From: Basidiobolus meristosporus CBS 931.73
Lineage: Eukaryota; Fungi; Basidiobolomycota
Direction of reading: 5' to 3'
DNA length: 64,000 nucleotides
Assembly: GCA_002104905.1 (NCBI GenBank)
Contig: MCFE01000384.1
Coordinates: 1-64,000, forward strand
Below the pieces are notes generated by a model. It was given only the letters and a program-made list of their open reading frames with translations. It ran no database searches and was not told the origin of the DNA. The translations under genes and the position numbers were made by a program. How positions within the stretch are numbered: position 1 is the first letter of the stretch; every line of letters begins with the position of its first letter. Below, piece by piece: positions 9,186 to 25,511 of the stretch.

Positions 9186-10703
9186 TTATTTGAGCCGTGC
9201 AGTCAATTCCTCGATACTTTTTCCCTTAGTTTCTTTCACAAAGAGAAAGATAGCCAGACAGCCTACACCGTTGAAGCCAGCAAAGATCAGGAAAACGTAG
9301 CCCCTCATTCCGCTGAAGAGTGTTGGGAAAATTAAGCCGATTAGGAAGCAAGATACCCAATTCATAGTCTGAGCAACGGTTGAGGTAATAGATACGGCAT
9401 TGCTCGGCATGGTCTCTGTGATGAGGATGGATGGAATACTACCAAGACCAAAGGCGAAGGAAGTCACGAAGACCATTACTACAAGTAGTCAGAACAGGCG
9501 CGACGATTCGGAGATTAAGAGGATTTACTTACTGGAGGCAACGGTTAATCCGTTGCAATGAACTTGGATTCCGATACACGTCAGTATACAGAAAAGACTT
9601 GCACCGCCACTGGATATGAGTAAGAGCATCTTTCTACCCGCACGGTCGACTAACATTGCTGAGACCATGGTCATGACGACATTAAGTCCTCCAACGCAAA
9701 TAGTCACATATTTGGCAGAGTCCCCGTAGATATCAGTAAAAATTGCTGTGGAGTAGTACATGATTCCGTTGATTCCAGACCATTGCTTCAGCATGGAGAT
9801 GCCTACGCAAACGAAGAATTTCCTTCGGCAGCTTGAATTCTTTAGCAGCTCATTGATACCAAGGTTTTTAGCCCGATTCTGCAACGCTTTGCGGGCAGTA
9901 ACAATGTCCCGATACTCACTCTCGATGTCAGAGTTATCTCTTAGTTTGAGCAGCACTGCTTTAGCTTCGTCGAAGCGATTTCTTGAAACATGATAGCGGG
10001 GAGTCTCTGAGCATAATGGAATCAGTGCAGTTTGAACTAGACTGAATGCACCGGGGAGAGCAACAAGTATTCTCCAGCCGATAGGAGTAGACATACCCAA
10101 ACTCATACATTCCACGACCAGGATCCCCATGGTGGTACAGAACTGATTGAATGCGCCGAAAGTGCCTCTAGTTTTGATGGGTGCTATCTCACCGATATAT
10201 GTAGGCGCCACAACTGTGCCATACCCACATCCAAATCCGATGAAGAAACGTCCGCATATCCACATACCAGTATTTATAGAGCAAAACAGCAGGATTCCTC
10301 CTAAAACGAAGAAGCAATTGTTGGCAAGCATGGCTAAGCGACGGCCCAATCTTTCCTGGGCGTAGCCACCAAGCAGGCTTCCAAATACTGCCCCACACGC
10401 ATGGCTACCAACTGCGAATCCCCACAGCCAAGAGTTCATAGCGAAGCAGTACGGAAATATCCCGTGCAGCTTCTTGTCGGCATCACTGCAGTTGTGGATA
10501 GAGTCAGCAGCTAGTTAGCATGGAGGGTATTAGAAATCCAATTATGGTTAGTAAAGAAGGATTCACTCACAGATGTTGGTGGAAGAAGTATTGTAGCCAC
10601 TGTTGAACCGAACGATGCACGCGGTAAGTACGCAGAACAAAGTGTACACGGGATAAGTGCTATCGCGCGAGCTCTTCTTTTCGTTAGAGGCCGGATTTGT
10701 CAT
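9186..10703 (-). CDS. MFS sugar porter (GLUT-like hexose transporter)
   Basis: Motifs ERLGRR, GRFFIG, YIGEIAPIKTRG, SETPRY, QWSGINGIMYY, DRAGRK, ITETMP, VKETKGKSIEE. Two introns. An upstream in-frame ATG at 10751 is an alternative start. Confidence 0.93.
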
Positions 10704-11223
10704 GTTGAATGTGAGCAGAGGGTGGTCACTCCAGAGGTATTTATTGATCATCCGGCTTATCACTAAATCCCGAACAGGTGTACTTGTTAGAATAAGAGTT
10801 CACGGATGGCCGAATTTGTAGTAGGCAATCGATAGCGAGGTTAAATAGCGTACCTTTAAGGAGGGACACCACGATAATTAAGGTGTATCAGAGATTTCCT
10901 ATTTCTCGGGCCTTGGGCATTTGTAGGCGATCCTCATGTGGCAATCTCTTATCACTGCTCAAAGTGGCCAACATAGCATTTGTTGGTATCCAATCCACAT
11001 TCGGCATAGTGGGTTAGCTTATGAGCTCCACTAATTTGGTACAGCTCTGCTAGTTCGGGATATCAAGTCATATGCCGCAGCCGAAACCTAACCCTAAATG
11101 CTACTTTAAACCAACTAGTATGCAATACACATATAATCATTCCCAAAATCCATATTAAAATTTAAGTATTCCCCGTTTAATACCTTGTTGTATGCTTGCG
11201 TATGTACAACTGACTTACCAGTG

Positions 11224-13733
<2,510 letters not shown>

Positions 13734-14053
13734 ATTATGCTATGTATTTTGTCATAAATATTTTAAGCAAGCTGTACCATAAATAAAGGAGTTACATAAG
13801 TTCGTAGATATTTTGAATCCGTTTAAATCAGTGCTTAACCAATTAGATGGTTGGTGATAACCTGCGTATTCTGCGTATTTGTTTAGTAGTACTATCCAAC
13901 GAGTCTACGTTTCCTTTATGCTGTTATCTATTACCAGTAGCTACTTGTTGAAAGCACAGTGTTTATAATATTCCCTTCTGACAGACCGTATACGCCTTAT
14001 ATTAGTTGAGTATTTGTGAATTGCCAGTCGCTTTAGGTCATTGACGTTTTATC

Positions 14054-17000
14054 ATGAGCGGATTATCCGGCTTCCTCCAGACTGAGCTTGTTGCGCTTTC
14101 AAATGAAGCGAAGCGCAAAAACCCTGAGATTAAAGAGGTAATGGCTTGCCAGTGGCGATTTCCCATTTGTTGTTGCTTGATAGCTTCATCTTCTCCGATA
14201 ATAATATTATGCATTTCGCATGGTTTCGCCTCAGGCCGTCGATAAAGTGCTTCTGATTTTACGCGCACATCACGGGGACAAGTTGGTGAACGGTGAGACC
14301 TACCAGATATTATGCAGAGAGCCATAGGACTTGAACGGCCCACGTCATTCCTGATGGAGGTTGGCTTTCTTCGATGGCTAATCGACTTGTTGCGGTTCTG
14401 TAGAACTGAGTCACAGTGAAGACACGCTTCGCCCGTTTTTTCTTGCCTGCCAAAGCAAGAATCTGAAACTGACCACGATAGCCATTAGTTGTCTCCAACG
14501 CCTGATTCTCCATAATGCTATACCCGAGGTATATTCCCTCACAAAACTTCGCACCATACGCTCTGGTTTGCTTATTATTGCCTCAACCATACAGAGCTCA
14601 GCCAAATCTATTCTGAAATCTCTCGCTGAGATTGCTAGCAACGGAATCCTTGAAGTGCAGCTAAAGATCCTTCAGATTGTTTTACCGCTGATCACGAATT
14701 ATCACACGGTGCAAGGTGAAGCACTCTCTGATGTAAGTTACAGGTCAACAAGCCACATTCTGGATTCTGCTAACGCTAGGTCTTAGGCGATCTTGCTATG
14801 TTTCCGTTTACAAGAATCCAAGAATGGAATTGTATATAATACCGCAGCAGCAACCTTGCGCCAGCTTGTTATATACGTATTCGACAAAGTTAAGAAGGAC
14901 ACAGCCGAAGCATCCTCAGGTCAGTATCTGATTTATGTGGCCCCACTATCAACCGACTTCTCATTCTGCGCGTGACATACAGCCCCGGAAAACGAGCAGC
15001 AGAAGAGCAAATTACCAGGGAATATTGTCCCACCGACTGAGCAAAATGCCCGTGACGCCTTCTATCTATTTCAGGTAGATCCATTCTATTGTTCAAGCGG
15101 CCTTCTCGTAATTAACTAGCCATCAGGACTTGTGTCTGCTTATCAGTGGCGAAGCGCCAATCTTTTTGAAGCTGACGACACTGAGCCGCCCTCTAGGCCT
15201 GGAGCTCATCGAGTCAGTGCTGACAAACCACTACCAGCTTTTTCGACAGGTAGATGGACTCTGTGGTCTCGCACCTCGCCCTCAATCCTAACTGGTCTTC
15301 TGTGTATTCTAGAGGCCAGAGTTCAGCGCTTTGTTGAAAGAAAAGCTCTCCCCTCTTATTATCAAGCACTTCTCCGACAAGTCCGATTTCTCCAACACCG
15401 TGCGCCTGATCAGGGTGATCTACCTGTTGATCAAGGAATTCAACGAGAACTTGGTACGCTTATCACTAGCTTTGAAAATGCACGATGCACTAACTTCTCG
15501 CTGGCGCGAACAAGGTGATGGAATGCGAGGTGTTTCTGACGATGTTTGTTAAAATGCTGGGCCAAGAGAACCCGCTGTGGCAGAGGATCCTCTCGATGGA
15601 GGTCTTCCGCGGCATCTGCTTGGATAACGCACTTGTTCGTTCAATATATCGTCACTACGACAGGAAAAAGTCCACCCATGTCTTTCACGACATCGTGAAT
15701 GCCATTGGCCATCTCGCCATTGAGAACCCATCCGTGGTCGGCACCGGCGGAGGTGGATCGAGCGGCTTGCCGGCAGGGGATGGGGGCCATGCGTCTGGAG
15801 CTACGAGTGATACGAAGCTTAGTGTTGTAACATCCATCATGAAGATTCAATGGTCCTTTTTCCCGATATGAACCTCAACTGCTGGCACGGGACTAACCCT
15901 TTTTTTAGCATCGATCAATTAGACAAGGCCGAACCTCCCGCGATCCCTGATTCATATTTGTATTATTTAGCATTAGTGTGTCTTCATTCAATCGCTGATG
16001 GCCTGGCCGGCTTTGTGCTCCCAACCTTTGCTCGTCCGATCAATTCCGATCTGGAGGAGGATTCTTCGGTGTCAGCCTCTCCAATCGTCCCCGTGACCAC
16101 CATCTACGATAGCGCTGACGACCTGGAGAACCACCCCTTGGGCAACGAGTTCACCATCCTTTCCGACATCACCAACGCTATATGGCCTGGCCTATTGGCG
16201 GTCTTCTCGTTTTTCTTGATCCGCCAACATGGATCACGAGCTCTTCCAGGCGACGTTGCAATCCTATCAAAACTTCACCAACGTGTGTGGAGTGCTCAAG
16301 CTGGTGACACCGAGAGACGCCTTTCTCACATCATTGTGCAGAAGCTCGATTCCTACTCAATCCGAGAAAGGCATCATTGACGTATCTGCCAACGGTGGCA
16401 ATGTTGCCAACATAGTCCCGTTGTCGGAAAAGAACCTTTACTGTTTGCATGCGCTTCTGACCATTGCAAACTACCTTGGATCGGTCCTGGGCGATTCGTG
16501 GTACCTGGTCCTAGCGACCTTGCAACAGGCAGATCTCATACTGTATAGTACGAACAATCGTATGAATGCTGGGCGTAAAACTGGAAATCTAACCGCCTCC
16601 AGCCCAGCAAGCCCGTCAGCCTCTGCACTATCGTTCAGGAGAACCATCTCGTTCCCAACCTCACTCACGCCATCCCCTACCTCAGCCACAAGCCCCGACG
16701 TTGCATCTACGCCTGACCCTGAATCCTTGACTCTTTCAGCTGCAGTTAATCGGCTGTTTGACAACACGAAGTATTTGAGCGATGAGGCGTTCCTGCATTA
16801 TTCCAAGAGCGTGTGCCGACTATCCAGCGACATAACTGGTCTTACCAGACGCTCCAGCGCCGAGATCAAGAACGAGGAAAGCGGCCCTAGAATCATGCTA
16901 AGCCGATTGACAAATGTGAGTATTCTTCCAGGTTGCTGCTTGATCACCTCTAACCACGCCTTGTAGAAAACTGAAAGCTTTGCGATTCGAAAGCTTCGCC

Positions 17001-20000
17001 AAACCGCGCTTCTTAACATGGATCGCCTGGTCTCCCAGGGGAGCTCAGGGATTTGGGATATGATCATGAACCATCTCATTGACACTGCCAACTACCTCAC
17101 TACCACCCCACAAATTCGGACCCAAACATGCGAAACGATTGCCGACATCATTGCCGCGGCTATGATCAGCGTGTCGAGCGCGGAGATGAAGGATGATGAG
17201 CAGGCGCAGATTCGTCTTCTGGTTCCACTGAAACGCTTGGTTGTCGGAGAGTCCCTTGATGAAGCACTCAAAGTCAAATTCATTGAAGTCCAAAAGATCG
17301 CGCTGGAGACCTTGAACAAACTCTTACAAACGTCGGGGGAGTCATTTACTGTTGGGTGGCCCATGATCTTTGAGATGATCAAGAGCGTGTGCTACTTCGA
17401 ACAACCGAAAGAAGAGGCAGCAGTAGATGATAGAGACACAGCCTCTATCTCCTCCAAGGCCTCAACTACCCATTCCATCAAGACCACCGGTCTTGTTCGA
17501 GTGGCCTTCCCATGCTTGCAGTTGATATGTACCGATTTCCTCCCATTGCTGGATTCGAAATGTCTATTGGAATGCATCAAAACCCTAAGCTCCTTTGTTT
17601 TACAGACGGAGGATCTGAACATCAGCCTGACTGCTGTTCGCCTTCTTTGGAACGTATCTGACTTCCTACAGACCAAACGGATCGACCTCGAAAGAGACAA
17701 CAACAACGATGGAAAGCCTGTATCTTCTGCGGATCCTTCCGAGGATGTCACTCTGTACAATTTCGAGGAGAATATCGACGATACCTTGACCACCCAAAGT
17801 CTGAGCGCTCTGTGGTCGTTGCTCTTGCATAGCCTCTCAAGGATCTGTACCGATCCTCGACCTGAGGTCCGAAATGGTGCCATTCAGACTCTCTTCCGAA
17901 CCATTGGTATCAATGGGGGATTGCTCACACCAGTTGACTGGAAGCTCTGCATATGGAAAGTGGTCTTTCCTCTGATAGATGCTGTCAAGCAAACAGCTTT
18001 TGAAGCCATCGCGGCATGGAGAGCGTTGAAAGACGTCCAAGACGACAGCAAAGCATTCATGATGGTTCATCACTCACGCGGAACTGTCGATAAGCAATGG
18101 GATGAGTCTCATGTTCTGGTTATAGGGGGTGCTACGCGTTTGTTCAAGGACTTCTTGCCATCACTGATCGTGCTAGCCAACTTCAAGGGTGCCTGGGACG
18201 TACTGTTGGACCATCTGAAGGGTTATTTCTTGAAGTACAGCCCAGAAGTCACCTTGGCCTCCATCAAGAGCTATCACTCGTTGATTACTCTGGCTCAAAA
18301 TCAGGACGCTGTGGATCTTGCCAAAATCCAACCCCTTTGGATGAGAGCCTGGGAAGTGTGGGAGCAGATGGGAACAGAGATGATCCAGTCTAGCCAGCCA
18401 GATCACCACGAGAAGGACCGCCCTGTAGCCTCGTTCGACCAAGAAACGGTCACCGCTTACACATCGACGTTCATCGACCTGTACGACATAGTGTGTGAGC
18501 AGTTCGAGCTGAAGCAAATCGAAAAACTCATGGCTGTGTTGTACGGTGTATTGACCCACAGAAGTAGCCTCAATGCCCCTTCAGACGTCTCTCACCTTAC
18601 ACCATTGCAAGCCTCTATTTTGGAGATCATCAAATCCCTGAAACTGGATGCAGAAGGAACGGCGGTCGTAGTGTTGCATCACCTGTGTGGCAACATTGAG
18701 CTCGCTTTTATGCAGCAAGCCAACAGCTTGGAGAAACCCCGCAAGAAAGCCACCTACATCGCCTTGGCAAGAACACTCATGGACACCATGAAGGAGCTAT
18801 TGCTAAAGTCTATCCACGACCAATCGACTTATTCCGATGGAGTATTTGAACATGTGATCAAGGTTGAAACTGGCCAAGCACCATTCACCACAGCCCGCGC
18901 TAACTTCTTTACCCGGTAGACATATAGCCACCCAATGAAACTCAAGTACGAATGCCCCACGTTGGATGCCAACACCACTCCTTTGTGGAAGATGGCCACT
19001 TTATCCGTATTAGAGATTCTCGCAGCCGGCATGCCTATCTTCACCTCGGTTGCGAAACGTACGTAGCATAAATTGGCTGTACGTCACATGCAGAACTGAC
19101 TGGTTGCTTCACAGAAATCCCTGATGAGCGATTCCAAGGAACCTGGAATAACATAGTCAACCTGATCGAAGGAACGATCTCTTCTGACAGGTAACCCCAT
19201 CGCCCGCTCTTCGGATCAAGCTCCCTTTTCGGCAACTAACCTATCACTCAGCGGGTTCCCACCCACCATGTCGATCACTGACATTCGAGCGGATGAGAAC
19301 TTCGATATCGAGTACTTGGACAAGCTCCAGACCATCCTATTCCCGTTCTTGGGATTGCCGGACGTTCCACGGGATGTGATCTCAAGGATAATTCGTTCGC
19401 TGGAAAAGGGCTCCCGCCTCTACGCTGACTCAAGGATCGCAGAGATGGCGTTAGAGACCCAAGGAAGAAACGAGCTTCCCGGTCTGACCGCCGACACTGT
19501 GGCCGTGCAACGTGAGCACTACGCGATCATTTGCCTTAAGTGTCTGTTCAAACTATGCTCAGCGAGTAAATGGGGTAAGGACGCAACGCCATATTACCTT
19601 GTTGCTTACTAACCATGCCTCCCTCTCTCAGCCTCTCATGAAAGCTTTACGGAGGAGCAATCTGAAGCAGTCGCCAAACGTATCGCTCAAGTGACCGCGC
19701 CCATCCTGATCAACCGATGCAAATTCATCCTGGAAGCCTACGTCGTGGATGCACCTTTGTTTGGCAAGATGCCCTTGCCTAGGTTAGTAATGAAGTACAG
19801 CCTCGATCGTGGCAACGCACTAACTGCAGCTCAACCATGTAGGATTCGGCAAGATGAGATTATTTTTGTGCTGAATGAACTGCTTTCACTCCAGATGCAA
19901 TCGGGAATATTGACCCAGGAGAATGAGCAGAGTACGAGTAGAGTGTGTCGTTGACTGCAGACAGATACTAACCCGAAGCCACACTAATAGATCCCATCAA

Positions 20001-20145
20001 GCGCCTCGTCCTGAACAGCGACGCCGCCCATCTGTTTAATCTATATAGTTCCTTGTGCAGGGCCCTGATGCCCAAACAAGATCCTGAGATCCTGGCGTTA
20101 ATCAAGAGATGTCTAGAAAGGATTGGCGACTCGATCAGCATCTAG
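14054..20145 (+). CDS. MON2: MON2 endosome/Golgi trafficking scaffold (Sec7-family-like DCB/HUS)
   Basis: N-terminus FLQTELVALSNEAKRKNPEIKE; EVQLKILQ; IDQLDKAEPPAIPDSYLYYLAL; QTEDLNISLTAV; DPRPEVRNGAIQTLFRT; KQWDES; PTLDANTTPLWK. Multi-intron. Confidence 0.93.
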
Positions 20146-20421
20146 AAAAGAGTTAACCGAACCATTTTTGTTGACCCGCATGCATCCCACTCTATTTCCT
20201 CCCCCCCCCCTCTCATCGATCTTCCCGATAGACTCAGTTACAAGATTGAGGACAGGAACCTTTCGTACCCTGAATCGGTAGCCTTTATACAAACCCACAA
20301 ACCCACATTCCCATGAAGCTTATTAAAGGTTGATTTATTCAATGATTTAGTTTGGAAGAGAGTAGGTGAGGAAATGGTGGGGAAATGGTGAGGAATAGGT
20401 GAGAGGAACAACTTGGTTTTT

Positions 20422-21855
20422 TTACATGGATGGCTTCAACAGCTGCTGCCAAAATTGATCGGCGAGGAATTCGGTGGAACTGTCTCCCGGCAGGGATATG
20501 CTTAGGCTGTCCTCCAAAATCCCGGTGGGTGTGGCTGGGAAGAAGGGGCCGGGATTATCCGGAATCATCTTCAGGGTTGGTGGAATTGATCGGATCGGGG
20601 CCGGAGACAACTCGCTTATCGAAGAGATGTTCGGGTTTTGTGAGGGCTGTGCGTGTCTCAAGGGACGTGGAGGTAATTGTGGGGCGTATTTGGAACGGTA
20701 GATATCTACAATCCGTTGCAGATTGAGTTTCTGGTTATCCAAATGCTGCGGGTTCAACCACGCCTACAACAACAAACGTTCATTTAATCACTGGTGGATG
20801 TCATCAATTCAGGACGTATTCAATACCAATTTCCAGGCGATCTCGTTGCAGCTCATCTGTTGCGCCACATGTGGATAGTCGGGCTTCACCAGACCACGCA
20901 TGAAGACGGAGTTGCGTTGCTTGAAGCTGTCGTCGATATCTGCCACATCCACATCATCGATGTTGACATGAACTGGCCAGAGGGCACCCATATGATCGCG
21001 GTAAACCAAGGTATCGGAGTTGGGGGTATGCAATGGGCTGTCGGACGACGTCGTGGACTCGCTGCTGGATATGGACGCGCGTGGCTTTCGCTTTCTTAGC
21101 GTACCGTTATTCAGCTTCTCCTGACGCGCGACCCTTCGTGAACGCAAACTTGGATGTCTGTTTCGAAAGCTGTCGACTGCCCGCTGGATAAGCCCTCGCT
21201 TACCGCCAAGAAGCTCTTGATTTAAAAATGAAAGTCTCCATCCTAGCTCGTTGCATTCGGTCTCATAATGCCAACGGTTTCCATGATACTCCTCCTTAGA
21301 ACAGAATGCGCGAGGGTACACCTAAAAGGGAACCGGGTGGGACAACGTTAGGTGGGGAGGTGCTTAAAAACAAGCATGTCAAGAGAAAGGAAAGGTATCA
21401 ATACTAACACAGTTGTCAATCTTGAACTGGGGTTCGAGAGCCTCGATGTGGACGGAATCCACGTCGATTCGTATCTCGTGGCGCTGCATACGCTTTTTGT
21501 GAGCATACCAGAAACACAGCCACTCCACCTCATCCCTGAAGAACGTGCTTGGCTCATATAGGCTGGTGTTGTTTATTTGTTTTTTCGTAGAGAAACCATC
21601 GAGTGGGGGGCATATTTTAAGTTCGGGCTTTTCCCGTAGCTTGCAAACACGTCCCCCGGAGTTGCGATATAGTGACTCGCGATTCTTCCTCGCTTTCCCG
21701 ACTGTCTTCTCGATGGAAAGCAGCTGGTCTGTTGTTAGTTCTTCGAGTATTTGGTCGCTACTGAACGAGGGGTCCAGTAGCTGGGCAAGAGTGATGTTGT
21801 GAAAGGTGGGCCGAGGCTGTATTAGCTGGGGTTTCTGTTGAAGAAGGTCATCCAT
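20422..21855 (-). CDS. Protein with two copies of a conserved fungal domain of unknown function (paralogue A, 2 introns)
   Basis: VEW..F.Y...IRID...DNCVYPRAF...GNRWHYETECNELGW...GKRGLIQRAVDSFRN plus a second degenerate copy. Introns at 21322-21408 and 20764-20826. Confidence 0.85.
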
Positions 21856-22435
21856 TCTCCTTGGCAAAGGTCGATTCAGTACAGGTATGCTCCTTGTTTG
21901 GGCAAAGCGGATGGTACCGAGAGAAAGTGAAAGGTATTGAACAGAAAATACAAAAGGGGGAGCGGGAAATAGAATATACAAAAACTGGAAAAGGTTCAAG
22001 GAGGATAAAGGGAGTCCGACAAGCGCGGAACCGAAGTAGAGGGTTTAAACGAAGAAGATGGCTATTCCCCGTGACGAGCCAAGGCTGATAAGCATTCAAG
22101 GGACGCGAGTGGGTCAGCAAAGCTTAAGGGATTATTCCATAAAATGATATAACCATCAACTGGCTGATATCATTGGTCATGAACCCTGAATGCACCAACA
22201 CCAGAGCCAATTGAAGATTAATGCACAACAAATAAATGCCAAAGTTAGGTGATTCAATGATGTATATACTTTGGTCTACACGACTGAACATCTCGCTGTC
22301 CGAAATTTCCATCCGAGCTCTCCACATCGGTTTATTTCCTTTTCTGTGCTTTGGTAAATACACGGCATCTACGTGACAGGCCAAAGCTGTATTCGCGTTG
22401 ATGATGATTCCAATGGAGACAAACTTCAGCGAAGA

Positions 22436-22534
22436 GGGACCCAAACCCAAGATGAGACTCGGCAATGCGGGACCCAAACCCAAGATGAGACTCGGCAATG
22501 CGGGACCCAAACCCAAGATAAAATTAGGCAAAGC
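22436..22534. repeat. 33-bp tandem repeat x3
   Basis: GGGACCCAAACCCAAGATGAGACTCGGCAATGC occurs twice exactly, followed by a diverged third copy. Confidence 0.95.
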
Positions 22535-22790
22535 GAAGGAGTCACTTCACGAACCGATACAGGGGTGTGTTTGCAGATTGGTCGAGCGATGATATAATTA
22601 TATCAGCGTTGGATGGAGATGGCCACCAAATATGCATTTATTGTGGGTGGTGGATGCCTGATGTATTAATACAACAATGCTGCTTAACCTCAACCTCAAC
22701 CGTGAGTTTAGCTGATCCAACCACCCATCGCCATATGAGCGTATTTCGAGTAGGCGCAGGACTCAAAGCGTATTGAATACATCGAACAAA

Positions 22791-22881
22791 CACATCAAGG
22801 GTATAGAACTCCATGGGCAAAGACCGATGAACATGCACATCAAGAGTACAGGAATTCCATGGGCAAAGACCGATAAACTCG
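22791..22881. repeat. 45-46-bp imperfect tandem duplication
   Basis: Two units sharing CACATCAAG...CCATGGGCAAAGACCGAT. Confidence 0.85.
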
Positions 22882-23072
22882 CACTCACATAATATAAAAA
22901 TTAAAGGAAAAGCAACAATATACATGTACTGGCTCTATATATATGTATATATATGGGGAACTGTGTTTCATTCATATGAATATAAGCTAGCTACTGAGAC
23001 AAATAGAGTAATACCAATGATAACATATGAATGAAACCCAACGCGTCTAGGTTTTCCATGAATTGTTTCATG

Positions 23073-24758
23073 TCAATTGTTGGACTCCTTCTTACCTACA
23101 ACTGGTGATTTGTCACTCATATGTAGTATGGCCGAATGGGGTGCAGGCGAGCCTTCCTGCTTGATGACGATTGAGCTTCCACCTTCGTTCATGTCGTTAC
23201 CTGAATTTTGAGGGTTGGGTGAGGCCTTGCCTAATGGTTGCATGGATGAAAAACTGGGGGTGGAAAGGCTCGACATAGTACTGATCGTAGGTTGCATAGG
23301 CATACCGTTAGGGGGGTTGAAATTCCCGTTAACTCCAACGATTCGATTCTGTACATTACGAAGCGCTTCCGCGTATTTCTGCAACGATTCTAGTATTTAG
23401 GTGATAAGTATACAGCTAATCAGGGGCTTGAGCCAATGGTCAAACTTACGGATGGCCCCAGTGTTGAACTCTAAGCTGTACGAGATCAGATCTCGCATGT
23501 GAAATATAACCTCGGATATCTAGCATCAATTGATTATTGTTGAGCACCTTTGGGATTGATGGCATTAGCACGGTGTAGGAATACCTCCAAGCATCTCATC
23601 GTCTTGATGGGCACACCATATTCGTTAACACATGAGGGAGGAAGGTCAAATAAATCGCCTTCGCCGCCGCTGCTCTTCATTTTCGGCTTGCCGTTTGTGT
23701 CTTTAGCGTCACCCGATTGTTGGGCTAGACTTAATAAGAAGCTTCGGGAAAGATATTCGTTGTGATGGCTGCTATGAAATTCCATCAATTCGATCTTGAG
23801 TTGTGCATTGAAGGTCACTCGGAGCATCCCGCTCGCGGTAACCTTGATTTGAATTAGCAAAGCTGAAGACTCTACTTGGCCATAATGCCACTTACTTGCA
23901 CGTCGTTGTTGAAATGATAGATGAAATTCGCTCGTGTGCATTCGACAACATGTGACTCGTTTGGAAGTACATATTCTTGCGGATTCTCTAGCGTGAGGTG
24001 CATTTCGGTGACGCCAGATTCAAAATTTATCATGTAAAACCTCGGCAACAAAGCAGTGTTCAATTCTGGTATGCGATATGTCGTCAGTGTCCATTGCGTG
24101 GTTCTTACTTCCCGAACTATACATACCAAACACCCGTACATCTTTGAACTGCGAATTGCGGACAGAGTATTTCATCGTTCCCGACTCTGAATAAAATTCT
24201 GTGGTGAATTTTCGCCAATGCTCAATGTCAAATTTGCTCGCCTGTCACATAGAAGCCCCATGTCAGTCCTAACGTTATGTGCGTCAATAGAAAGGTTAAT
24301 ACCTCTGATGTTGGTGACAAATGCTCTCCGTATTGGACCAATCGGTAAACCGCTGCGCCAGGGACTGCTGGTCTAGTTTATGTTACAATGCCTGATGAGT
24401 ATTCCATTTTTACAAGAAAGCAGACTAGAACTCACGTGGCTTGAGCACCATTGGGCAGTGTGAGATTAACGGGGACAGAAGAAGCCCGTGCAGCGTTGGT
24501 CACAACAGGCGAAGGAACAGAAGATGGTACATTGGATATCTGTGAGGGTTGTTGTGGCTGCTGTGATTGCGGCATTCCTTGAGGTAGAGGCTGGCCATTG
24601 GGCAAAGATGGATTTCCACCAAGACCTTGCATGAATTGAGGGGCCATTTGAGGCTGAACCGCTTGCCCGTTCCGCATGGCGGCCTGTTGCAGTAATTGTC
24701 TTTGTCGCAGCATCTGCAGTTGTGCTTGGTTGGGTACGAATTGAGTGGTGGTAGACAT
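23073..24758 (-). CDS. LIM-domain-binding (LDB/SEUSS/MFG1-like) transcriptional co-regulator
   Basis: Q-rich N-terminus; RLVQYGEHLS, LPRFYMINFESGVTEMHLTLENPQEY, GMLRVTF...KIELMEF...HNEYLSR, VNEYGVPIKTMRCLE. Several introns. Confidence 0.85.
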
Positions 24759-24922
24759 GTTGTAGATTCGGAATGGATCCGTTCGTGAGGTAAGTTAACA
24801 ATGGGATATAGTGTCTATATCTTTAGAGATCGTCAATCTTTCAAGACTACTCCAGAGAAAGTAAGACAAAAAAGGATCAAACTATGTGAGGAAACAAATG
24901 AACAAAAAACAGCTTGGGGGAG

Positions 24923-24958
24923 CAATAACACGGACAACAACACGGACAATAACACGGA
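24923..24958. repeat. 12-bp tandem repeat x3 upstream of the LDB-like gene
   Basis: CAATAACACGGA CAACAACACGGA CAATAACACGGA. Confidence 0.9.
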
Positions 24959-25511
24959 TATATGACAAGAGGAAGGTACGAAAAATTGAAGGTGAGTTTG
25001 GTGAAACGCTTTATCAAACAAGGATAGCCAAAAGGGATGTGGTAAAAAAGGTAAAGCTTGAACGGCCAGAAATCATGAGAATTTCGAGGGCATTTACTGA
25101 GCTGACTCTACTTTGGGTATAGAATGGGTGTCACCTGGGCTTCTCAAATCAAACCCCTGCACACGATTGGCTGCGAAATCGGCCTAGGATTCATTGGACA
25201 AAAACGACCGCGTTGGCCTGTAAACCTGGTTGATGTTCAACATACCAAATATATTAATGAGATTTGCTCCGCTGCAAACACCATCCATCGGCCAGCTATT
25301 CATCCTGATTACCACCCACCGCCTAACTCTTTGTATCGGCGCTCAAATTCATCCGATTACCCAGTAAATCCACATCCTGTTGGCAACCCAAAAGCACAGT
25401 CCCACTTTTCCGTAGCACTTGGTAGATTCTCGATAATCACGAACAATTTGATATTTTCCACATACTATCGATATTTCTTTATAGCTAGGACTATAGAAGT
25501 TCTTCTTAGAG

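Noticed and set aside
17045-18559. Several antisense ORFs over MON2
   Set aside because: Shadow frames of a long coding exon with no domain signal.
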